Below, one piece after another: positions 19,667-29,703 of a DNA stretch of 64,000 nt. Under the pieces are notes generated by a model that was not told the origin of the DNA, did no database searches, and worked only from the letters and a program-made list of their open reading frames with translations. The translations under genes were made by a program, and so were the position numbers. The stretch lies in IMG/VR virus record IMGVR_UViG_3300033075_001711. One strand, 5' to 3'. Source of the stretch: an uncultured virus (IMG/VR IMGVR_UViG_3300033075_001711) (lineage: Duplodnaviria > Heunggongvirae > Uroviricota > Caudoviricetes). Numbering within the stretch: the stretch's first letter is position 1; every line of letters starts with the position of its first letter.

Positions 19667-20607
19667 GGTTTTTAACTTTAAATGATTTACATATAAGTGC
19701 TAAAAATCCTAGAAGTAGGAAAGATTCTTATAAAGATTCTCTTTTTTCTAAATTAAAGTATGTTTCTGATTTAACAAAAGAATTAGATATTACTGCTACT
19801 TTAATTGCGGGGGATATTTTTCATGAGCCACAGCCACATAAAATAACACATTCTTTAGTTAAAGAAGTAATGGAGATATTTAGTTCTTTTAAGGGAGATA
19901 TTTTAGCTATTCCTGGGAACCATGATATGTTACATGATTCTTTTAAAAATATAGAGAAACAACCAATATGTGTTTTACATCAAGCAAAAGCATTACATTT
20001 ATTAGATTATGGTAATAAAAAATATAAAGATGGAGAATATTTGGTTGAAGTTCAAGGCTCTCATTATAACATACAAGACCCGTTAGTTTCTTTTAGAGAA
20101 TTAAAAGAAACTATAAAAACACACAATATCATTTTAGCGCACATGGACTGTACACCAGACGGGAATTTGAGTTATACAGATAAATGTTTTTCTTATTCGG
20201 ATCTTTCAGAATTTCCTTTTGATGTTTTAGTTCTAGGTCATTTACATCATGATTATGGAATTAAAAAAATAAAAAATAAATTAATTTATAATTTAGGATC
20301 CTTTAGTCGTGGATCTTTATCGGAAGATAATTTAAATAGAGAAATTGAAATTGGGTATTTAGAATTTAAAGCTGGAAATTTTAAACCAGGTAAAATAACA
20401 ATTCCGTCTAAACCTGGATATGAAATTTTTAGTTTAAAAGAGCAAGAAGAAATAAAACAAGAAGAAATATATTTAAATGAATTTATATCTAATTTACATA
20501 AAAATTTAGATATAATAAAAGAGAATCCTATAGAGAAAATTGAATCTTTAGAATTAAATTCAGAGCTAAAAAATCTTTGTCTTTCATATTTATCTTTAGT
20601 GAGTTAA
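19660..20607 (+). CDS. sbcD: SbcD/Mre11-like nuclease
   Basis: DLH, AGDIF, PGNHD, AH, LGHLH, NLGS metallophosphoesterase motifs. Confidence 0.87.
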   Translation: MLRFLTLNDLHISAKNPRSRKDSYKDSLFSKLKYVSDLTKELDITATLIAGDIFHEPQPHKITHSLVKEVMEIFSSFKGDILAIPGNHDMLHDSFKNIEKQPICVLHQAKALHLLDYGNKKYKDGEYLVEVQGSHYNIQDPLVSFRELKETIKTHNIILAHMDCTPDGNLSYTDKCFSYSDLSEFPFDVLVLGHLHHDYGIKKIKNKLIYNLGSFSRGSLSEDNLNREIEIGYLEFKAGNFKPGKITIPSKPGYEIFSLKEQEEIKQEEIYLNEFISNLHKNLDIIKENPIEKIESLELNSELKNLCLSYLSLVS

Positions 20608-20610
20608 TTT

Positions 20611-21447
20611 ATGTATTTGCCCTACTCTCATTATAAATCATATAAGTCTTGTAATTTACAATATTTTTGGACTTATATAGAGAAAAAAATTCCAAAAAAG
20701 AGAGAGTCAATTTTTAATACCGTTTTTGGAAATGTTTTACAAAAAGTGATGGAGATTTTTTTTAACGAAAAAAAATTTTTAGAAGAAAATTGGCAACTTT
20801 GGATGGAAAATGAAATTAAAACGTGGTTTCCTTACTATATTAATAAAGGATTTATTGATTGGGAAAAAAATAAACTTTCGGAATCAGAGCTATTGCAAAG
20901 CTGTTTAGACACAGTTCCTTTTTTGATTAAATTTTTGAATGCAAATTCTGATTTTATTACAACTTCTACTACTCAATCTGAGATAGAAATTGTTTATGAA
21001 ATTGAAACTGGTGATTTCATAACTGGAAGGCTTGATTTTATTGTAGATAAATATGATACCAGTGTTTGGATTTTAGATGGTAAAGGGTCGTTAACAGAAA
21101 ATTATTTAGATGATAATCAAATATTTTATTATTGTTTGCTATATTATTTAAAATTTAATAAGATCCCTGCTAAAGCGGGATTTATTTTCTGGCGAACATC
21201 TGAGATTAAATTTTTAGAGATCACACAAAATGTTTTAGATAACATTTTAAATGACATTAAACAAGTAATTTTAGACATAAAAAATAAAAAATTTGAAGCC
21301 AATCCTTCACACAGTAATTGTTATTTTTGTAAATATAAAGATGAATGTTTAGATTTTATTAGTTTTAAAAACAATAAAAGAAAATCAAAATTATCTGATT
21401 TACCTGAATTTCAAAATGCAAATGATTTTTTTACAATAGGATTTTAA
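20611..21447 (+). CDS. PD-(D/E)XK nuclease, Cas4/AddB-like with Fe-S cysteines
   Basis: N-terminal SC, GRLDF, ILDGK, QIFYY, C-terminal CYFCKYKDEC. Confidence 0.8.
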   Translation: MYLPYSHYKSYKSCNLQYFWTYIEKKIPKKRESIFNTVFGNVLQKVMEIFFNEKKFLEENWQLWMENEIKTWFPYYINKGFIDWEKNKLSESELLQSCLDTVPFLIKFLNANSDFITTSTTQSEIEIVYEIETGDFITGRLDFIVDKYDTSVWILDGKGSLTENYLDDNQIFYYCLLYYLKFNKIPAKAGFIFWRTSEIKFLEITQNVLDNILNDIKQVILDIKNKKFEANPSHSNCYFCKYKDECLDFISFKNNKRKSKLSDLPEFQNANDFFTIGF

Positions 21448-21449
21448 TT

Positions 21450-21749
21450 ATGGCATCTGTTGTTATACAAGATATAGGACAAGAAATTTTAGATACAGAT
21501 AAACGAATAGAAAAATTAAAAGAGAAAAAAATTCGTTTTGAAGAGCAATATAAATCTACAAAAGCTAAAATTGATGATATTGAAAAACAAATTACAGAAT
21601 TAGGGTATGACCCCGTTAATTTAGAAGAGGTATTGAAAAAATTAAGTTCAGAGCTTGAAGAAGGTAGAAATGTTTTATTATCTAGCATAGATTTGGTAGA
21701 GAAAACATTTCAAAAAATAGAGTTGGATTTAAATAAAATAGAAGAATAG
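21450..21749 (+). CDS. coiled-coil protein (possible piece of split SbcC)
   Basis: 99 aa, entirely heptad repeats; directly precedes the SbcC C-half. Confidence 0.55.
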   Translation: MASVVIQDIGQEILDTDKRIEKLKEKKIRFEEQYKSTKAKIDDIEKQITELGYDPVNLEEVLKKLSSELEEGRNVLLSSIDLVEKTFQKIELDLNKIEE

Positions 21750-22403
21750 ATGTTATCTGAAAAAATAAAAAATTTAAATTTAAAACATTCTAGATTATTA
21801 GGGCAAAAACAAGAAATAGTTACCCAACTTAAAGATTTTGAAACAAAAATAGATAATTTAAATTTAAAAATAAAAAATCTAAAATTAGTATCTCAAGTTT
21901 TTGGTAAAATTGTAGAGCGGGTTATTAATGTTAGTAAAGAAAATATAGAATCATTATTAACTCATGGTTTAAAAGCTGTATTTTTTTCTCAGAACAATTC
22001 TGTTAAAGTAGATTTTGATATAAAACGAAATGTTCCTTCTATAAATATTTTGACTCAACAAATAAAAAAAGGAAATAAAATTATTACCGGAGATGTTGAT
22101 GATAGTTTTGGTGGGGGTTTGTCTAATATACAAAGTGTATTACTACGAATATTAGTAATACAAAATTTAGGTTTAAAAAAATTTATAGTTTTGGATGAGA
22201 GCTTAAATAATGTAAGCCCTGAATTTAGAGAGAGTGCAGCTAAATTTTTAAATAAAATTTGCGATGATTTTGGATTTGATATTTTAATGGTAACTCAAAA
22301 TAGACCCTTTGCACTACACTCTAAAGTTAATTATTGGGCAAGTGCCGATGATTCTGATAATTTATGTTTAGAAAATAAAAATTTAGATGAGAAAGATTTA
22401 TGA
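21750..22403 (+). CDS. SbcC/Rad50-like ATPase, C-terminal half
   Basis: Coiled coil, signature-like SFGGG, Walker B FIVLDES, H-loop position MVTQ. Confidence 0.8.
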   Translation: MLSEKIKNLNLKHSRLLGQKQEIVTQLKDFETKIDNLNLKIKNLKLVSQVFGKIVERVINVSKENIESLLTHGLKAVFFSQNNSVKVDFDIKRNVPSINILTQQIKKGNKIITGDVDDSFGGGLSNIQSVLLRILVIQNLGLKKFIVLDESLNNVSPEFRESAAKFLNKICDDFGFDILMVTQNRPFALHSKVNYWASADDSDNLCLENKNLDEKDL

Positions 22404-23227
22404 ATGAAAGTAAATTTCGTCCTGAAGTAGTTAAAACAGATAGAACTTATGCTCAAGCATCTAGTAGAGTGTCAGATTTATCTGCAGGAGATCCTTCACA
22501 ATATGCTCAAAATATAGGGAGTGTAAAACCTCTTAAGATTAAAAAAAAATCTAGGCAAGAAATTAAAGAGACTAAAGATTGGTCTGAATTAAATTCTTGG
22601 GCAGAAGACCCATCAGTTTCAGTTCTGTTAATTGATAAATTTAATGAGTTGGCAGATAATGATACAAGTAATGAATCTTTATTATTTGTAGCTCAATCAT
22701 GTTTAACTGAAGTGGAGTCTTTAGTAAATAGAACTTTGACTGTTGAGGATGTTAAAAGAGCGTTAAAAGAGACTGTATTTGGAAAAGGGGCGGTAAGAAA
22801 AAACACTTCCCCTAAAGTTGAATCAAATAAAAAACCTGTAGTTTCAAAAAAAGAAATTATTATAACAGATATTTTTAATGTGCATTTACCTATAATACCT
22901 AAACAATATATTAGGTCTGAAGTTGTTGGTGAAGAGTTTGAACTTTGTAAATTAAATCAATGTCCTAAACTCTGTTTGGTTCAAAAATATGAAAATAAAG
23001 GTTTTGCAGAAGATAACAATTGTTTTATTGCCGCATGTTCTTTATCTGATAAAGATGAGTTTGAACTCTTTTGTCCTCAGAAACAACCTTTACCAGAAGA
23101 AGCACAACCATTCTATGACATTTTAATAGAGGGTGGGCAAGATCCAATTGTAGCTAGTAAATTAGCTTTAAAAGCATATAAAAAAACATTTAAAAATAAA
23201 TTAGAAAGAGAAATAGATGAAACATAG
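22400..23227 (+). CDS. hypothetical protein with Cys-rich C-terminal region
   Basis: 275-aa ORF, ATGA overlap with upstream gene. Confidence 0.65.
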   Translation: MNESKFRPEVVKTDRTYAQASSRVSDLSAGDPSQYAQNIGSVKPLKIKKKSRQEIKETKDWSELNSWAEDPSVSVLLIDKFNELADNDTSNESLLFVAQSCLTEVESLVNRTLTVEDVKRALKETVFGKGAVRKNTSPKVESNKKPVVSKKEIIITDIFNVHLPIIPKQYIRSEVVGEEFELCKLNQCPKLCLVQKYENKGFAEDNNCFIAACSLSDKDEFELFCPQKQPLPEEAQPFYDILIEGGQDPIVASKLALKAYKKTFKNKLEREIDET

Positions 23228-23465
23228 AGATATGACCTTTACAGTAGTTAAACCAATGTGTCCCACATGTAATGTTGAATTAACTGAGCCTACTTGTGGA
23301 AATTGTAATGAAACTTTTACAGTATCTACTAGTGGGGTACCTCAAGTTTCTCAACCTTTTTGTTTAAAATCTAAAAATAAAACAAAAAGTCATGGGATCA
23401 CAAAAGAGAATAAACCTTTAAAACTTGAAGTAGTTAGGGAAGGGCTCATAAATGGATCGATCTAA
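23217..23465 (+). CDS. zinc-ribbon protein
   Basis: CPTC...CGNC. Confidence 0.6.
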   Translation: MKHRDMTFTVVKPMCPTCNVELTEPTCGNCNETFTVSTSGVPQVSQPFCLKSKNKTKSHGITKENKPLKLEVVREGLINGSI

Positions 23466-23892
23466 GTTGATTCAAAAAAGTAAACCGTTTGTTGCAGGTA
23501 GTTTAAAAATTTTAGTAAGAAATATATTTAAATTAAATGAAGCAATAAATATTTTTATATTGGATCCTTGGGTTAATTTAACATTAGATGCTGTATATCC
23601 TTCTCATACTCCTGCCAAATCTAAATTTTTAGAGGCGGCGCGAAGATATTTAAATATAGAAGAAATCCATTATTTTTATTTTCCTATAATAGATATTCCT
23701 TTTGATTATATTTATTTGGACTATGATATTAAAAATCATATAATATCAGAATCTGAAGAAGAGTCTAATTTATATCAAATAAATTTAGATGGGTTAAAAG
23801 TTTTATGTAGAAAACATAAAAATCATTTTGAGTTTTTATGCGAAAAAACAGATGAATCTCTTATAAAATGGCGAATGCAAACAGGAAATTGA
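23452..23892 (+). CDS. hypothetical protein
   Basis: 146-aa ORF overlapping upstream gene. Confidence 0.6.
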   Translation: MDRSKLIQKSKPFVAGSLKILVRNIFKLNEAINIFILDPWVNLTLDAVYPSHTPAKSKFLEAARRYLNIEEIHYFYFPIIDIPFDYIYLDYDIKNHIISESEEESNLYQINLDGLKVLCRKHKNHFEFLCEKTDESLIKWRMQTGN

Positions 23893-23909
23893 AAAAATTT
23901 CCTGTTTTT
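23879..23909 (+). terminator. terminator-like hairpin ending the recombination operon
   Basis: aaacaggaaatt...aatttcctgttt followed by T. Confidence 0.55.
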
Positions 23910-23958
23910 GTTTTAATAATAATAATAGATATAAGAATTATAGATAATAGGGTAAGCC

Positions 23959-26900
23959 ATGTCACAATTAAGCGGTGCTCTTCATGATTTAACAAATGCT
24001 AGGTTGATATTACCTAACAATAATACTCCACCAACTACCGGAAATATTTTAGAGGCGGAGCTTTTTTGGGATAAAAATGATGATATATTTTTAATAGGAA
24101 AAAATTCTTCTTTATTTTATACTGTTGTAATAGAATTAAATGAAGGGAATGGTATTCAAATTTCAGGGACTGGTGGTAAATTAACTACAGAAGTTAAATT
24201 AGACACTAATTCTGGACTTGAGTTTTCAAGTACAAATTTAAGAATTAAACCTGATATTACATCTACTCCAGGATCTGGATATGCTTCTGTTTTAGAAAGA
24301 ATATCTAATGGCTTAAGTTTAAGAGTAGATGAAGTCACTTTAACTACTACAGGAGCTAATGGAAATTTAAAAGTTAAAGATAATGTTTTTTCTTTAATAG
24401 ATACCCCAGGAATTGCAAATAGGGTTAGTTATTGGACATCAGCTACAAGTGTTGCTCCAAGTGGATTTTTATATAATGATAATAGTAACAGTTATTTAGG
24501 TATTTTTAATCCTTCACCCGCAACTAGATTAGATGTAGTAGGTCTAACAATAAATACTCAAGCTACCAATACAATATCTACAGTTAAAGAAAGTTCTGTT
24601 TTTACTAAAAATGATGGTTTAACTAAAACATATTCTGTTCATAAAATATACCCAACTTTCAATTTTGGATTATCCAATACTTCTACTACAGTTTCTTTAT
24701 TAGACATTGATTCAATCAATACAAGTGTATCTGGATTAACTGCAAATTTAATTAAATCTTCTTTCGGAGGAGTAGAAAAATTTAGGGTTGAATCTGATGG
24801 AGATATTGTTTCTTCAGGGAATGTTACAATACAAGGAACTGGAAATTCTGTGTTTTCAGGAAATGTTTCAATAGAAGGAAATATAGATTTAGGAAATTCT
24901 AGTTCTGACACTTTGACTGTATCTGCTCAAATTGATAGTAATTTAATTCCGAATACAAATGATTTATATACTGTAGGAGATGATACACATAGATGGGCAG
25001 ATGTTTTTGTAGGCCCAGGTTCAATAAACATTGGTAATTCTGGAAATCTATCAAAAATATCTTACAATACAACAGATAATAGAATGGAATTTGATCCAAC
25101 AGGATCAAATCCAAAATTTTATATAATGGATGGTGGAACTATTCATGCAAATGAGATAATTAAAAATTTCTATCCTGAATATTTGGCAGAAAACACCGCA
25201 TTTGATCCTGAAGTTTTAGACGGTGGAGCTACAGATGTTGTTTTATCTTTTCCTGGTGAATTTTCTTCTAGTATAGTTTTACCATTTACATTTGATTTTT
25301 ATGGCATACCGTATACAAATATTGCAATAAACTCTGATGGATATATTTCATTTAATGTTTTACGTCCTGAGTTATATTCACCAAATAGAAATATTATTTC
25401 AGGATATAAAATTACTATTGATCCTTCTGCTGGAGGAACAATTAAATATGAAACATTTAATTTAGCTCCAAATAGAATTTTTGTTATTGAGTATAGTGGG
25501 GTTTATGAATTTGGTTCTGTTAATCCTAATATTACATTTCAAATAAAATTATTTGAGACTTCTAATATAATAGAGATTCATACTACATCAGCATTAAGTG
25601 ATACAACACCTCAAAAAGAAGTATTTCAAGGTTTAAAACATCCTTATAATTTTAAAACTAATTATTTTAATGTTAATAGATATTATGAAATTTTAACTTT
25701 AAATAGTGATGCTATTAAATTTACTCCTGTGGCTGCGGACTCTACAATTTTAACTAATTCCGGCATTGTAACTCAAGATATAGTGGCAAATAGTAATTTA
25801 GAAGTCAATGGAAAAAGTAATTTTAATGACCAAGTTAAAATTGTGTTTAATCAAACAGATGCAAACGTTATTTCTATGGATCAAACAGCAACTTTTACTT
25901 CTGATGTTATTTATTCAAGTACAAATGATTCTTCTAATAGTGTTGAACATATTGCTATTAGAACTTCTAGTGTTACAGCAGAAAATTCAGGATATTTAGG
26001 CACATTAAAAGGGATACAAAGTAAAATACAACATACATCGGCTAATATTTTAGATTCAGCCACTGGAATTTCATCTGAAATATATAATTTAAATCCTACA
26101 ACTATTTTAAATGAATCTTTTGGTATTGTTTCTAACATAAATAATCAAGGGAGAGGAAGTTGTGTTGGAATAACAAATAATATAGTTGACGCTAATAACA
26201 CAGGCGGGGTAATAATAACTGGAGAGTACTCTCAAATAGATCATACAGATGGAGATGTTTTAGACATTAAAAATAAAGATTTGGTAATAAATAATGCTGG
26301 AATAGTTTCCTCTAGTATTCGTTTAGGTTATGGAGAAGTTAATACTTCCGGAGATGTAAATGAATTTGTGTATGGATATGAAACAATTATAAATAATTCA
26401 GGAAATGTGGTCAATACCATTACAGGACATTCTATAGGTATTAGTGGTGGAAGTAATCAAGGAGTACGTGGCTCAAGAACAAGTGTGGATTTTGGTTCAG
26501 GACAATCTTTCACAAATCCTCAATCACATGTGGGTCATGAATCAATACTTACTTCTTTTTCTAATAGTGATCATTCTGAAAATAATGGTCCGGTAGGATT
26601 TTTATCTTCTATAGCAACATCAACAGCTACCGGAACGTTTGCCAATTTAACAGGGTTTTATAGTAGCTTTTCTTTAAATACTTCAGATAGTGATATTTTT
26701 AATGTCACTAATTTAATGGGATATGTTTCAGAACTTAAATCTAACTCGCAATCTAATATCACTAATTTTTATTCTTTTTACTCAAAACCTATAACTGACT
26801 CTTTTACTTTAACTAATGCTTATGGTTTATATATTTCAGATATTACATCAGCTAGTTCTAGTAATTACTCTATTTATACTAATACTGGAACGGTGAGATT

Positions 26901-27300
26901 CGGGGATGTTGTTTCTATTGAAAATACTTCAAATCATAAAATTAAAAAATATTTGATTAAAAAAGAAACAACTACAGCAACACCTAGCAGTTTAGATATT
27001 GGTAGTAGTATTCCTATAAATGCAGCTTGGACGTTTAATGTTTTAGTTTCTGCTCGAAGAACTGATGTTGATGGGGAAAGTGCTGCTTATGAATTTAAAG
27101 GTTGTGTTGATAATAATTCTGGAACAACGGCATTAGTAGGGTCGGTTACAAAAAATGTTATTGCGGAAGATACAGTTGCGTGGGATGTAGATATTACAGC
27201 AGATGATACTTCTGATGTAATACAAATAACATTTACAGGTGAAAATGCCAAAACAATTAAATGGACTGCTTCTGTTGAAATTGTTGAAGCAAATGGTTAA
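23959..27300 (+). CDS. large virion fibre/appendage-like protein
   Basis: 1113 aa, S/T/N/G-rich, mosaic of beta modules (LGIFNPSPATRLDV, RWADVFVG, LPFTFDFYG...NSDGYISF). Confidence 0.6.
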   Translation: MSQLSGALHDLTNARLILPNNNTPPTTGNILEAELFWDKNDDIFLIGKNSSLFYTVVIELNEGNGIQISGTGGKLTTEVKLDTNSGLEFSSTNLRIKPDITSTPGSGYASVLERISNGLSLRVDEVTLTTTGANGNLKVKDNVFSLIDTPGIANRVSYWTSATSVAPSGFLYNDNSNSYLGIFNPSPATRLDVVGLTINTQATNTISTVKESSVFTKNDGLTKTYSVHKIYPTFNFGLSNTSTTVSLLDIDSINTSVSGLTANLIKSSFGGVEKFRVESDGDIVSSGNVTIQGTGNSVFSGNVSIEGNIDLGNSSSDTLTVSAQIDSNLIPNTNDLYTVGDDTHRWADVFVGPGSINIGNSGNLSKISYNTTDNRMEFDPTGSNPKFYIMDGGTIHANEIIKNFYPEYLAENTAFDPEVLDGGATDVVLSFPGEFSSSIVLPFTFDFYGIPYTNIAINSDGYISFNVLRPELYSPNRNIISGYKITIDPSAGGTIKYETFNLAPNRIFVIEYSGVYEFGSVNPNITFQIKLFETSNIIEIHTTSALSDTTPQKEVFQGLKHPYNFKTNYFNVNRYYEILTLNSDAIKFTPVAADSTILTNSGIVTQDIVANSNLEVNGKSNFNDQVKIVFNQTDANVISMDQTATFTSDVIYSSTNDSSNSVEHIAIRTSSVTAENSGYLGTLKGIQSKIQHTSANILDSATGISSEIYNLNPTTILNESFGIVSNINNQGRGSCVGITNNIVDANNTGGVIITGEYSQIDHTDGDVLDIKNKDLVINNAGIVSSSIRLGYGEVNTSGDVNEFVYGYETIINNSGNVVNTITGHSIGISGGSNQGVRGSRTSVDFGSGQSFTNPQSHVGHESILTSFSNSDHSENNGPVGFLSSIATSTATGTFANLTGFYSSFSLNTSDSDIFNVTNLMGYVSELKSNSQSNITNFYSFYSKPITDSFTLTNAYGLYISDITSASSSNYSIYTNTGTVRFGDVVSIENTSNHKIKKYLIKKETTTATPSSLDIGSSIPINAAWTFNVLVSARRTDVDGESAAYEFKGCVDNNSGTTALVGSVTKNVIAEDTVAWDVDITADDTSDVIQITFTGENAKTIKWTASVEIVEANG

Positions 27301-27332
27301 TTATAAAAAATATTTTTTTTAGGATAAAATAG

Positions 27333-28643
27333 ATGGCATTAAGTTCTACAATTGTTTGGGAAGTCCAAACTGGAGGCTCCTCCACCAACGGGGGCGGTTT
27401 CAATTCCACTGCCTCCGGCACCGACTATTCCCAATCCACCTCTCCTCACGCAACATTAACTACTGCTAGTGTTGTCAATGCAGACACCACAAAAATATCA
27501 GTCAATGCCGCAAATTATACTGTAGCATTAACTGATATAGGAAATGTATTTTTTCTTACTGGTGGAAGTGCAACTGCCGGTTATTATGAAATTACAGGTG
27601 TGGATACAGGTGCAAATACTTGGACAGTTGATCGTAGTTTAGGAACTGCGGGGCAAACTTGCCCTGGCAAAATGGGCGGTTGCATTAATTTGCCTTGGAC
27701 GCACAAGGGAAGCGTAATTGCGGGGCATTTAACCTGGATAAAAGCAGGTACATATACGCTTGCTGGTGCTCAAAATTTTGCGGGAGCAGGAGGTGCACCT
27801 AATAAAATTTCCTGGATTGGATATGGATCTACTAGGGGAGATGGAGGAATTGCCACATTCGCTTGTAGTTCTCTTGTATTAACTTTATCCGGCGGTTCTC
27901 AAAATTTTGAAGGATTACTTTTCACTGGAACGGCAGCTCCCGTTGTTTTAATTACCGGAAGTTACATAACTTTATTTAACTGTGAATGTAGAAACTCATC
28001 TGGAACTGCTAATAGAGCTGCATTCCAAGTGTCAGGTAGTGGCGCGGGGTTAATTAACTGCAGCGGATTTTCTACTTTAGGGTATGCTTTTTCAGCAACA
28101 GGTACAGCTGAATTTGCAATAAATTCTTATTTCCATGATTCCGCCATAGGGGTGAGATTAGCCGGAGCTTCAATTACAAATATTGCTAATTGCATTATAG
28201 ATACCTGTGCGTCAGGTATAACGGTCGCCGGTGCGAGTAATTTTTTAAACCTAATAAATACAACAATTTATAATTCAAGCTCAACTGGCATTACTACTAC
28301 AGGAAATCCGGCGATTGCCTCAATGCTCTTCAACAATATTTCTTCTTGCACTACTGGAATTGCGTGGACACCAATGACCACAACACCTGCATGCGTAGAT
28401 TACAATAATTTCTACAACAATGGCATAGATCGTGTAAATATTTCGGCAGGTGCACATGATACCTCACTTAACCCGCAGTTTGTAGATGCACCAAATGCAG
28501 ATTTTAGAGTAGGTGCAAATATGCAAGATCAGGCCAATCCAATTGCATTTTTAGGAGCTAATGCGAATTGTTTGTCGTATCCTGTGAAAGGGGCGATGGC
28601 AAGGAAGCCAAGTGCTGGTGGGGCGCACATTTTTTGTAATTAA
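27333..28643 (+). CDS. right-handed beta-helix (pectin-lyase-like) virion-associated protein
   Basis: WIKAGTY, repeated NC/NT-I..GI units, DYNNFYNN, NPQFVDAPNADFR; markedly higher GC than flanks. Confidence 0.65.
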   Translation: MALSSTIVWEVQTGGSSTNGGGFNSTASGTDYSQSTSPHATLTTASVVNADTTKISVNAANYTVALTDIGNVFFLTGGSATAGYYEITGVDTGANTWTVDRSLGTAGQTCPGKMGGCINLPWTHKGSVIAGHLTWIKAGTYTLAGAQNFAGAGGAPNKISWIGYGSTRGDGGIATFACSSLVLTLSGGSQNFEGLLFTGTAAPVVLITGSYITLFNCECRNSSGTANRAAFQVSGSGAGLINCSGFSTLGYAFSATGTAEFAINSYFHDSAIGVRLAGASITNIANCIIDTCASGITVAGASNFLNLINTTIYNSSSTGITTTGNPAIASMLFNNISSCTTGIAWTPMTTTPACVDYNNFYNNGIDRVNISAGAHDTSLNPQFVDAPNADFRVGANMQDQANPIAFLGANANCLSYPVKGAMARKPSAGGAHIFCN

Positions 28644-28658
28644 AAAGGATTGTAAAAT

Positions 28659-28952
28659 ATGAGGTTAACTGAAAATTTAGCAAGAATAATTGCAGACGAA
28701 TTAAAAATAGATTTAAAAAAATATCCGTTAAAAAATTTAATGCAAGGCATGAAAGTAGAGTCAGAGCATAAAGATTTGCCAGGAGCAGAACCTGATTTTG
28801 CTTTAAAATCCTGGGTGATATATGCTCAAATTGCGTATGCACATATGCGTGAAAATGTTGATTATTATAAATATCTAGAGGAGATGGAGAAAAAATTTAT
28901 TAAAAATGAAAATTTTTTCTCTGATTATGTAAAATTATTAAGTTTAAAGTAA
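28659..28952 (+). CDS. DUF5661-like protein
   Basis: GMKVESEH...AQIAYAHMRENVDYYKYLEEMEK pattern. Confidence 0.6.
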   Translation: MRLTENLARIIADELKIDLKKYPLKNLMQGMKVESEHKDLPGAEPDFALKSWVIYAQIAYAHMRENVDYYKYLEEMEKKFIKNENFFSDYVKLLSLK

Positions 28953-28995
28953 AAAATTAATATTCCACACGCTACTTTTTATTGTATACTATTAT

Positions 28996-29703
28996 GTGAT
29001 TGATTCAATACACACATTTATAGGTTATTCTGAAAATCAATTAGGACTATACATTGAAGAGTATAGTCCTTTGAATTTATTTCTTAAAAAAAGAAAAGTA
29101 AATCTTCAAATACATTCTGTAGGTTTTTATAAAACACCTGTTTTTTTGAAAAAAACAGACGATGTTATTTGGGATAAATTTTTAAAATGGTCTTTTTTTG
29201 GAAAAAAATTAGAGTTAAAACTTATATTTCAAATAAAAAATTATGATGAAAATATAACTGCTCTTGAGAGCAGGTCTTTAATAGAAAAAGACTACAGTAA
29301 ATTTATAATTACAGAAAACAAACCATTAATATATGGTTTAAATCAAGATTCACTTAAAATTATTTTTGAAACAAAAGAAGTATTTATAACAGAAGGTATT
29401 TTTGATTACAATTTTGTTAAACAGGTATTTCCAAATACAATTTCTTTTTTGTCAGCAAATCATTCTCCAAATGACATTCTTTTTTTAAAAAGATTTGTTA
29501 ATACAGTTAATATTCTTTTTGACTCTGATTTAAAAGGTAGAATGGCAACATCAAATTTAAGTAAAATTTTAACTGAATTTGGAATAAAAACAAGAAATTT
29601 GGTATTACCTGAAAAAGATCCCGCAGCTTTTTTTGAAAAAAATAAAGATAGTTATGCAATCTCATTTTTAAAAAACAAATATTTAGAGGCTAAATATGAT
29701 TGA
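28996..29703 (+). CDS. TOPRIM-domain DNA primase-like protein (no Zn-binding domain)
   Basis: IYGLN, FITEGIFD, LFDSDLKG, EKDP. Confidence 0.75.
   Translation: MIDSIHTFIGYSENQLGLYIEEYSPLNLFLKKRKVNLQIHSVGFYKTPVFLKKTDDVIWDKFLKWSFFGKKLELKLIFQIKNYDENITALESRSLIEKDYSKFIITENKPLIYGLNQDSLKIIFETKEVFITEGIFDYNFVKQVFPNTISFLSANHSPNDILFLKRFVNTVNILFDSDLKGRMATSNLSKILTEFGIKTRNLVLPEKDPAAFFEKNKDSYAISFLKNKYLEAKYD

Noticed and set aside
20611..21447. CRISPR-Cas locus suggested by the Cas4-like nuclease
   Set aside because: No repeat-spacer array or other cas genes seen; the context is recombination.
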